Below, piece by piece: positions 5,654 to 13,197 of a stretch of 16,114 nt of DNA. The notes under the pieces are model-generated. The model was not told the DNA's origin. It saw nothing but the letters and a program-made list of their open reading frames with translations, and did not search any database. The translations under genes were made by a program, and so were the position numbers. Each line of letters begins with the position of its first letter. Position 1 is the stretch's first letter. Origin of the DNA: Promethearchaeota archaeon (GTDB taxonomy: Archaea; Asgardarchaeota; Lokiarchaeia; Sigyniarchaeales; SOKP01); NCBI GenBank assembly GCA_048941265.1, contig JBHLNT010000089.1:1-16114 (forward strand), given 5' to 3'.

Positions 5654-7369
5654 CTATGTTTCTATTTCTTTCATAACCTTTTCTAACTCATCACTAATAT
5701 TGATCTCTTTAAAATCATAAGCAACAATTTCATATAAATTTGAGTAATCGCTAAATTTTGCTCTTCCTTTAATAATAATATCTTTACCTAGAAATTCTGA
5801 TGATTTCTTATTTAAAAATTTTTCAAAATCGGGAGTTTCTTTAATTTTTAATATCTTTTCTGTATCTTCCCCGATGAAATTTTCTGCTATATCTCCTATA
5901 AATGTTGTCCTTATGGTTCCGCTTCCATCATCTATTATCAGGTTAAAAATCATTCTATATTCAGTTTTATTCCTGTCATCACAGGAGCAATTCTCAATTT
6001 TTTTGAAGCATGAAGGACATGCTTCATAAATAGTTATATTGTTTAGCTCCTTTGCAACAAAACCCTTAATTTCGATCGTTCCAGAAGCATTAATAGTATT
6101 TATTTTAGTATAATTTCCGGTAAAGTTGGAGCTTAGATCCTTTTTTGGAGTTTCAATTTTTTTTAAATTTTTTATCTCTAATTCAATAAATTCCAAAATT
6201 GAATCATTAATTAAGGAAATTTCATTTCTACCAGAAAAATTACTATATTTTGCTAAAACATTTTTTGCTAATACACCTTTTCCGATAGTTAACTTCTCTG
6301 AGTATTCTTCTGCCTTTTCTCGCCAAATGGTTACTCTTATCCCATCTGATTTATCACTAATCACCAATCCCAATAAATAGATCTCCTCACCGTTTTTCAT
6401 AGTAACTTTTTTAAGATTGTCAACTGAGGAGATTATTCCTTTAAATGAAACTAAACCCCGTTTCTCTTGAAGTTCCTTAATATTTTCAGTGAATTCACCT
6501 TCTATTTTGATTTTTTTATCTTTTTTTGCTATAATGGAATATCTTGTACAAAAAAGATCAATTGATTTTGAGTCTAAAGCACTTAATCGTGGATTTAAGT
6601 CGGTAATGGATATAATATCATTAACAGTTAACCCATTTGTTTTTTCTGTATCTTCATTCCAAAAAGTAACCTTTGTTGATCCTGTAGAATCCATGAGTGT
6701 TAAAGAACAGACTTTACCTTTTTCACCATCTTTCCTATTAAATTCTTTTATTGGAAAAATTTGAATTATTTTTCCCTCAATCGAAACAGAAGGTAACGAT
6801 AAATTTAAATCTTTTATAGAAATGAATTCTTCTTTAATCTTAGGATATTTCTTATAATCTACATCTTCAGGTGAGATTATAATCTTACTTAATCTTCCAA
6901 TGTGGACTTCAGTTCCCTCATATTTTCCTTTTCTTGCATATCCATTTAAAATCTTTACCAGTTGATTTCTTTCAAATTCAGGATGTTCTAAAATTTTTAT
7001 GTGCTCGTCCCATACTACAATTTTAATCTCACCTGTATTATCGTGCAATATAAATGATCCTCCTTTCCCAGTGCCGCCGTCTTTTTTATTAAAGCTAAAA
7101 ATCTTATTTATTTGTTTAACTCTGCCAATTAAAGTAATATTTTTCATATTAGGAGTAATATCTGCTATATTTATCTCAATATCTTTTAATAAATCTTTAT
7201 TTTCATCTTTTACATCAACTCCTAATTCTTTGGCAATAATAAATAATGCACCTTCTTCAGATATCAACCCTTTTAATTCATTCTTTTTTTCTTCGACCAT
7301 ATTTTTAATCTCATTTCTGGTTAGGCCAGTATCCTCAACGATTTTATTAATATACGCTTCTGTCTTCAT
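5654..7369 (-). CDS. rpa: Replication protein A large subunit (multiple OB folds, C-terminal zinc finger)
   Basis: N-terminal GLISEEGALFIIAKELGV (DUF2240-like); repeated OB folds (LHDNTGEIKIVVW, LMDSTGSTKVTFW, ISDKSDGIRVTIW, IDDGSGTIRTTF); YEACPSCFKK..CSC. The ORF track starts at GTG 7378; ATG 7369 is preferred. Confidence 0.93.
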   Translation of the reverse strand: MKTEAYINKIVEDTGLTRNEIKNMVEEKKNELKGLISEEGALFIIAKELGVDVKDENKDLLKDIEINIADITPNMKNITLIGRVKQINKIFSFNKKDGGTGKGGSFILHDNTGEIKIVVWDEHIKILEHPEFERNQLVKILNGYARKGKYEGTEVHIGRLSKIIISPEDVDYKKYPKIKEEFISIKDLNLSLPSVSIEGKIIQIFPIKEFNRKDGEKGKVCSLTLMDSTGSTKVTFWNEDTEKTNGLTVNDIISITDLNPRLSALDSKSIDLFCTRYSIIAKKDKKIKIEGEFTENIKELQEKRGLVSFKGIISSVDNLKKVTMKNGEEIYLLGLVISDKSDGIRVTIWREKAEEYSEKLTIGKGVLAKNVLAKYSNFSGRNEISLINDSILEFIELEIKNLKKIETPKKDLSSNFTGNYTKINTINASGTIEIKGFVAKELNNITIYEACPSCFKKIENCSCDDRNKTEYRMIFNLIIDDGSGTIRTTFIGDIAENFIGEDTEKILKIKETPDFEKFLNKKSSEFLGKDIIIKGRAKFSDYSNLYEIVAYDFKEINISDELEKVMKEIET

Positions 7370-7700
7370 ATAAAACACATTAAAATTAACAATTAGAGTT
7401 TGGTTTAAAATTATTTAGATACTATTATTTAAAAATAAAATTATTCAAGAATTATTAATTAATTTAAAGACTTCTCAAGTTTTTTAATTTATTTGATTTT
7501 TAAAAAGCCCATTTGTTAATAAATCTAAGATTTTGAAAGTATACTCAATTAAACTAAGAACACTGGGGTTATCAAGCTTTTAAATTTTTTAATAAACTGT
7601 TAAAATTGCAAAATTCATAATATTTATATTTAAAAATCTAATATTTGAAATATCATCTCCTTTTTTTTTAGAAATTTACTTAATAACCTTAGGTAAAAAA

Positions 7701-8438
7701 ATGGCTAACTTTAGAATAATACCTGTTATAGATATATTAAATTCGATGGCAGTTCATGCAATCAAAGGTGAAAGAGATAAATATAAACCCCTTAAATCGA
7801 AAATTCTGAATTCATCAGATCCATTAGAAATTATTAAAATACTTAATCACAAATTTCAATTTAATGAGGTATATATTGCTGATTTAGATGCCATCATAAA
7901 AAAAAATCCTAATCATAATTTATTATTAAAGATATTAGAAATTCCGGGCCTAAATGTCATGTTGGATCCTGGAATAACCCATAAAAATGAGATTCTAATT
8001 TATTCAAAGTATAATTTAAGTAAGTTAATTTTAGGATTAGAAACTATAAAGAATTTTGAAGTCATAGAAGAAGGATTGCGGGTGATGGGCAATAATCGAC
8101 TTAGTATTAGTGTTGATATGTATCAAGGGAAGATTATTTCAAATTTAAAGGAGTTAAAAAACCAAGATCCCCTTAAATTAGTTAAAATTTTAAATAAATT
8201 AAAAATAAAGGAAATTATCCTTCTAGATTTATTTAGGGTGGGCCAAAAGATAGGTGGTATTCCCCCCTTATTTATGAGGTTTCGAAATCAATTTCAGGGT
8301 AATCTATTAATTGGAGGAGGTGTGAAAGAATTCAATGATTTAGAGATGATGCAAAAAAATAATTTTTCTGGAGTGCTAATCGCTACAGCTCTCTATGATG
8401 GTTCATTAAATATTGATGATTTAAAAAAGTTTATATGA
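7701..8438 (+). CDS. HisA/HisF-related TIM-barrel protein (TIGR00734 / Orf17-like, C1-cofactor linked)
   Basis: RIIPVIDI....AVHAIKGERDKYKP, EVYIADLDAI, LDPG, ILGLET, ILLDLFRVG, LIGGGV and GVLIATALYDG; the AVHA..G.R..Y.P segment marks the HisA/F-related family rather than true HisA. Confidence 0.85.
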   Translation: MANFRIIPVIDILNSMAVHAIKGERDKYKPLKSKILNSSDPLEIIKILNHKFQFNEVYIADLDAIIKKNPNHNLLLKILEIPGLNVMLDPGITHKNEILIYSKYNLSKLILGLETIKNFEVIEEGLRVMGNNRLSISVDMYQGKIISNLKELKNQDPLKLVKILNKLKIKEIILLDLFRVGQKIGGIPPLFMRFRNQFQGNLLIGGGVKEFNDLEMMQKNNFSGVLIATALYDGSLNIDDLKKFI

Positions 8439-8448
8439 AGTTTTACTC

Positions 8449-8979
8449 TTAATCTATAAAAATAACACCTGTAGATGATACATTCAGAGATTTTTTACAA
8501 ATAGGACAAGAATGCTTTGTCTTAATCCATTCTAGTAAATGTTCGCGGTGTGCTTTTGTTTGACAAATTGGACAACCCGAAACGTCATCAAAAATTTCAA
8601 TTTCTTTTCCACAAACAGCACAATTAGATTTAGAAACTGTAGAAACCTTAATTGTTTCTTTCTTAATATCTAAAATCACTTGATCAGAATTTTCTGCAGT
8701 TGGGCTAATTTGTTTTATCTCACTTCCAGTGTCCACACAAAAAATGGTTCCCTCAGAATCATCTTTTTTATTGCCAATCCACACAATTTTGCCTTTAAAG
8801 TAGTCGGATCCTCCTTTTGTTAAAACCAGATTTAAATCTCGATTTTCCATAACAAAAGTTTGAATCACTTTGGTGTATTTTAGCCCATCAATATGGCTTG
8901 ATAATTTGTTAATTACTTCAATAGGTTCTTTGAAGACTTCTTCTGTGAGTTCTACTTTTGTAATTTCTTTTGGAGACAT
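8449..8979 (-). CDS. Protein with C-terminal RING-like zinc finger (putative E3 ligase-like)
   Basis: C120-X2-C-X12-C-X2-C-X4-H-X2-H-X10-C-X2-C161 with the RING-typical W and CPIC; N-terminal about 115 aa unassigned. Confidence 0.7.
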   Translation of the reverse strand: MSPKEITKVELTEEVFKEPIEVINKLSSHIDGLKYTKVIQTFVMENRDLNLVLTKGGSDYFKGKIVWIGNKKDDSEGTIFCVDTGSEIKQISPTAENSDQVILDIKKETIKVSTVSKSNCAVCGKEIEIFDDVSGCPICQTKAHREHLLEWIKTKHSCPICKKSLNVSSTGVIFID

Positions 8980-9204
8980 TCTTTTATCAAGTATATTTGT
9001 AGTAATTTTATTATAAAATAAATATAAAATATTTATTTTTATAATTATCTAAATAATTTTTTCAAGAAAGGTCTAGTTTTGCAGATAATCGCTAAATTAT
9101 AATTTTTAATTGTAAGATTATAAATTAATAAATATATATAATAAAATAAAGAAAAATTACTTAGGAAAAAATTTTTTAAAATTATCTTCTCTTAATGATT
9201 AATT

Positions 9205-9942
9205 ATGGCTAATAATAAAATAGAATTATTAATTAGTCCTAAAAACGTGGAAGAAGCTAAAACCATTGTGAATGCTGGTGGAGTTAAATATATTGATTGT
9301 AAAAACCCAAGGGAAGGCTCTTTAGGAGCAAATTTCCCTTGGATAATTAAGGCCATGAAAGATTTAATACCCATTCATAGTTCACAACTTCTAAGTGCTA
9401 CGATTGGAGATTTCCCATACTTACCCGGTAGCGCATCGCTAGCGGCATTAGGAGCAGCAGTAGCAGGAGCAGATATTATAAAAGTGGGATTGAAAGGTCC
9501 AAGAAACGAATTGGAAGGAATAAAATTAATGAAAAATGTAGTTAAGGCCGTAAAAGATTTTAACAAGAAAATTATGGTTGTAGTGGCCGGTTATGCAGAT
9601 CGATCGAGGATGAAAAGTTCACCAGATTTTTTAGCAATACCAACTATAGCTGCAGAATCTGGCTCTGATTTTGCTATGCTTGATACATATATTAAGGATG
9701 AGAAAGGTCTATTTGATTTTTTAGATATCGAACAATTAATTGAATTCAAAGAAAAGGCACAAGATTCTAATTTAAAAGTTGCTCTAGCTGGGAAAATTAA
9801 GTATAATGATCTCGTGAAAATTAAACAAATTTCACCAGATTTAATAGGTGTGAGAAGTATCGTTTGCGAGGGATATGATAGGAATAATGGATTAATTAAA
9901 GCAGAACTTATAGAAAATTTGAAAATGAAATTACTTGATTGA
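9205..9942 (+). CDS. mfnB: (5-formylfuran-3-yl)methyl phosphate synthase (4-HFC-P synthase, methanofuran biosynthesis)
   Basis: LLISPKNVEEA, IDCKNPREGSLGAN, SATIGD, GADIIKVGL, GYAD, MLDTYIKD, ALAG and IGVRS match DUF556/MfnB, with both motif lysines present. Confidence 0.95.
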   Translation: MANNKIELLISPKNVEEAKTIVNAGGVKYIDCKNPREGSLGANFPWIIKAMKDLIPIHSSQLLSATIGDFPYLPGSASLAALGAAVAGADIIKVGLKGPRNELEGIKLMKNVVKAVKDFNKKIMVVVAGYADRSRMKSSPDFLAIPTIAAESGSDFAMLDTYIKDEKGLFDFLDIEQLIEFKEKAQDSNLKVALAGKIKYNDLVKIKQISPDLIGVRSIVCEGYDRNNGLIKAELIENLKMKLLD

Positions 9943-9952
9943 AAGATTTAAT

Positions 9953-10471
9953 ATGAGATTGTATAAATCTAATAAGGATTTTTTAATTAAAGTTGCCAAT
10001 GCTGACGATCTGTTTGATTTAAAGCTTTGTGCTCAAGGATTTTTGGAGTTTATCGATGATTTTCAAATAAAATTTCTAAAAAATAAGTTATTTATTTTAA
10101 CCGCCTATTATGATAACATTTTAGCAGGAATATTGGTATCAGAACAACAAATTCATAAAATAGATTCAATAGAAAATCTTATTCCTACGATATATCTCCA
10201 TTTAATATATGTAAATCCAAAATATCGAAGAAAATATATAGGAACAACGCTCTTAAAATCTTTCATATTGATTCAAAAAAAAAAGGGTATTGCTTCAATA
10301 TGCATAAAATTACCACAAAAATACCAGAATGGTATAAAATTTTTTCAAAATTATGAATTCCGCCTAGTAGGTCTAACTAAAAATGAAGTTATTTTAGAAC
10401 ATAACCTATGGGATGATTATGGAATAAGCGATTGCCAGCTTATTGGTGATGATTTTAATATTACTTTTTAA
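9953..10471 (+). CDS. GNAT family N-acetyltransferase
   Basis: AYYDNILAGIL, acetyl-CoA motif A region LHLIYVNPKYRRKYIGTTLL and motif B GIKFFQNYEF. The ORF track starts at TTG 9935 overlapping mfnB; ATG 9953 is preferred. Confidence 0.85.
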   Translation: MRLYKSNKDFLIKVANADDLFDLKLCAQGFLEFIDDFQIKFLKNKLFILTAYYDNILAGILVSEQQIHKIDSIENLIPTIYLHLIYVNPKYRRKYIGTTLLKSFILIQKKKGIASICIKLPQKYQNGIKFFQNYEFRLVGLTKNEVILEHNLWDDYGISDCQLIGDDFNITF

Positions 10472-10507
10472 ATAAATTAAAAAATATAAGTACCATCGTT
10501 CAATGTA

Positions 10508-10518
10508 TTTTATATAAA
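10508..10518 (+). promoter_or_regulatory. Putative TATA box of proC
   Basis: TTTTATATAAA about 38 nt before ATG 10556; its position favours that ATG over TTG 10532. Confidence 0.4.
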
Positions 10519-10555
10519 TCACAAAATTTATTTGAGAATAAGCGCTGTACTATTT

Positions 10556-11368
10556 ATGTTTGAAAATGAATTAGGTATAATTGGAACTGGAACTATGGGT
10601 TCTGCGTTATTAAGAACAATCATTAAAAATAACGTTATGGACAAGGACAAGATCATTGTCTATGACAAGGATAATTCTATTACGGAAAAGATTTTGAAAG
10701 ATTTACAAGTTAAAATCGCTCAAAATAATTCCCATTTAGCTCAAACCTCAAATTATATTTTATTAGCCGTCAAACCTCAAGTAGTTAATATCGTATTGGA
10801 AGAAATTGGTCCACATATCACTACTGAACAGACGATAGTTTCGATCGCGGCAGGAGTCGCTATCAAACATATAGAAAAATACATTAATAATGACGTGGGA
10901 ATTATACGTATAATGACGAATACCCCATTAATGGTTGGAGCAGGAGCGTCCGCAATTACTCATAATAAAAAAATAAATGAAAGCAGTATAGATTTCATTA
11001 AGAAAATTTTTAATTCAGGCGGATTGGTCGTGGAATTAGACGAAGAACATTTAGATTCGGTTACTGGTTTATCTGGAAGTGGACCAGCTTATTTTTTCGT
11101 CATAATTGAAGCATTGGCAGATGGTGGTGTGAAAATGGGGCTCTCTAGAAAAGTTGCCATTGAATTAGCAGCTCAAACTGCTTTAGGAGCTGCAAAACTA
11201 GTATTAGAAACTGGTAAACATCCTGGAGAGTTAAAAGATATGGTATGCTCGCCTGGAGGAACTACTATCACAGCCTTACATGAACTTGAAAGAGCTAAGT
11301 TGAGAGCAACATTAATGAGAGCAGTAGAAGTAGCCACAGAAAAATCAAGAGCATTAAACGAATCTTAA
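10556..11368 (+). CDS. proC: Pyrroline-5-carboxylate reductase
   Basis: Rossmann GIIGTGTMG, LAVKPQ, VSIAAGV, RIMTNTP, TGLSGSGPAY, EALADGGVKMGL and LKDMVCSPGGTTI. Confidence 0.97.
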   Translation: MFENELGIIGTGTMGSALLRTIIKNNVMDKDKIIVYDKDNSITEKILKDLQVKIAQNNSHLAQTSNYILLAVKPQVVNIVLEEIGPHITTEQTIVSIAAGVAIKHIEKYINNDVGIIRIMTNTPLMVGAGASAITHNKKINESSIDFIKKIFNSGGLVVELDEEHLDSVTGLSGSGPAYFFVIIEALADGGVKMGLSRKVAIELAAQTALGAAKLVLETGKHPGELKDMVCSPGGTTITALHELERAKLRATLMRAVEVATEKSRALNES

Positions 11369-11369
11369 T

Positions 11370-12332
11370 TTAGGTAATTGGCAAAAATCGTGGCCTATTC
11401 TTATTTATGGCTGAAATATATATTTTAATTTCGGGTTTAAAACCATCAAATGTTTCTAATACTTTTTTTTGATCTGATTTTTCGCAAATTGCATAAACAG
11501 ATCGTCCTAATTGATTCATACTTGCACCATATATGTTTAAATTATTAAGATCCTCAATTAATTCCTCTATTTTTGATAAATTCAAGATGTTTAGTATGTT
11601 AGTATCCTTTACAAATTCAAATGAAGCTGTAATGAACGTTTTAATATTAGGAGTGTTTAATAATTTTTTTAAAGCTTTTTTACCAGCTTCTTTTATTTTT
11701 AATTTTAGGTGAGGAGAGGTCAAAACCGATTTTGTTTGAATTGCTCCAAAAGAACCACAAATTATAATAAGATTTTCTGGAACTGGGATAGATTCATAAA
11801 TACAAGGATAACCGGGCTCTTTTAAAACACATAGACCTCCTGCTAATAATCCACATACGGTCCCTAATCCCGTCCTATTTATAACTTCGGCGATATGTGC
11901 GACACGCCCTCGCTCACTGTAGCTTAACCTTAGATTTAAAATCTTATTTAATCCAAAAATAGTCCCTAATGCGCCAGAACCACTTGCTCCATATCCACAT
12001 CCTACAGGTAAATCAAAATTATGATAAACTTTAATACTAATTGGATTTTTTAAATATGAGGTTATATATTTAACAATGAAATATGTTGTTTCGGCTTTTT
12101 CATTAAATTCCTCATTATTGATATATATCTTGATTATATCTTCCTCATTATTATCAAGAGGCTCAACAATTATCGTAGTTTTTCCAACAGCATTGAGATT
12201 AAATCCAGCGCCCCTAGATCCTATATGTTCTGGATACATTATCTTTTTACCATCAATCTCATCAACAATCTCAAAGAATCCTGATATTCTATGGGGTACT
12301 TCAATACTAAGGCTTTTTATGTTTTCAGTCAT
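11370..12332 (-). CDS. pok: Pantoate kinase (GHMP kinase family, archaeal CoA pathway)
   Basis: VPHRISGFF, GSRGAG, GHMP loop LPVGCGYGASGSGAL, AHIAEV..TGLG and ASMNQLGRSVYA. Confidence 0.85.
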   Translation of the reverse strand: MTENIKSLSIEVPHRISGFFEIVDEIDGKKIMYPEHIGSRGAGFNLNAVGKTTIIVEPLDNNEEDIIKIYINNEEFNEKAETTYFIVKYITSYLKNPISIKVYHNFDLPVGCGYGASGSGALGTIFGLNKILNLRLSYSERGRVAHIAEVINRTGLGTVCGLLAGGLCVLKEPGYPCIYESIPVPENLIIICGSFGAIQTKSVLTSPHLKLKIKEAGKKALKKLLNTPNIKTFITASFEFVKDTNILNILNLSKIEELIEDLNNLNIYGASMNQLGRSVYAICEKSDQKKVLETFDGFKPEIKIYISAINKNRPRFLPIT

Positions 12333-12363
12333 GAATCCGGAGTAACTTAATTTATCTAATCAA

Positions 12364-12376
12364 CTATATATTAATA
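12364..12376. promoter_or_regulatory. Candidate shared bidirectional TATA element for pok and pyrH
   Basis: Self-complementary TATATA at 12365-12370 lies about 33 nt from ATG 12332 (minus) and about 32 nt from ATG 12402 (plus). Confidence 0.4.
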
Positions 12377-12401
12377 CAAAGAAAAATTGAATGAAAATAT
12401 T

Positions 12402-13130
12402 ATGGACAGAAAAGGAACTATTGTAGTAAAAATTGGCGGTTCACTTTTATTTACAAAGGATAAAAAGATTAATTTACAAAAAATTTCGGATTTTTGTGAT
12501 ATCATAAAAAATAAACCCGATTTTGATACTCTTATTATTGTTTGTGGAGGTGGTTTATTAGCAAGAGAATACATAGAATCAATAAGATCCTTAAAAGGAA
12601 ATGAAGCGCTATGTGATATAATTGGAATAGAAATCTCTCGATTAAACTCTAAACTATTTATTACATCTTTTGGAGTATTAGCGTATCCCCAAGTTCCGAA
12701 ATCAATCGAGGAACTTTCCATAGCAACATTATTTAAGAAAATTATCATCATGGGGGGACTACAACCGGGACAATCTACCACCTCAGTTGCTCTTGAAGTA
12801 GCGGAATATTCAGGAGCAAAGGAATTAATTCTTCTGACTAATGTAAAAGGGATTTATGATAAAGATCCAAAAAAACATAAAGATGCAAAATTATTTCAAA
12901 ATATATCATATGAAGAGTTACAGAACATTATTCTGAGATCCTCAGATGATAAGCAAGCTGCCGCCGGAGAATATCGTATTTTTGATGCGGTTTCCTTACA
13001 AATTCTAAAAAGAAGTCATATGAATATCTTAGTCATGTCTGGATCTGATTTAAATAACTTTGAGAATTACTGGAATGGAACGGCTAAATTTATGGGGACC
13101 ATTATTTCACCTACTGGTAAGGGTAATTAA
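12402..13130 (+). CDS. pyrH: UMP kinase (archaeal type)
   Basis: VVKIGGSL, VCGGGLLAREYI, DIIGIEISRLN, MGGLQPGQST, TNVKGIYDKDPK and AGEYRIFD. The ORF track starts at TTG 12387; ATG 12402 is preferred. Confidence 0.95.
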   Translation: MDRKGTIVVKIGGSLLFTKDKKINLQKISDFCDIIKNKPDFDTLIIVCGGGLLAREYIESIRSLKGNEALCDIIGIEISRLNSKLFITSFGVLAYPQVPKSIEELSIATLFKKIIIMGGLQPGQSTTSVALEVAEYSGAKELILLTNVKGIYDKDPKKHKDAKLFQNISYEELQNIILRSSDDKQAAAGEYRIFDAVSLQILKRSHMNILVMSGSDLNNFENYWNGTAKFMGTIISPTGKGN

Positions 13131-13197
13131 TTTGGAGCTTTCTATTTTTCAATTTAATAAATCGATTAACTCAAAGAATATCTATTTATAAATTTCT

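Noticed and set aside
6126-7373. Plus-strand ORFs 6126-6380, 6489-6764 and 6999-7373
   Set aside because: Antisense to rpa; their F/I/S/L richness is the expected mirror of K/E/N/D codons, not evidence of membrane proteins.
7650-7670. SD-like AGGAGATG after an A-run on the minus strand, resembling 387-400
   Set aside because: Followed only by ORFs under 10 codons; no evidence of a gene.
7701-8438. Calling this gene hisA or hisF
   Set aside because: Motifs fit the HisA/F-related family and no his genes are nearby, whereas mfnB is.
9192-9566. Minus-strand ORFs 9192-9374 and 9375-9566, in frame and separated by a TGA
   Set aside because: Considered as Sec readthrough, but both are antisense to well-supported mfnB, with no selenoprotein motif or visible SECIS.
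12076-12781. ORFs 12076-12345 (+) and 12371-12781 (-)
   Set aside because: Antisense shadows of pok and pyrH; the CPGC in the latter is incidental.
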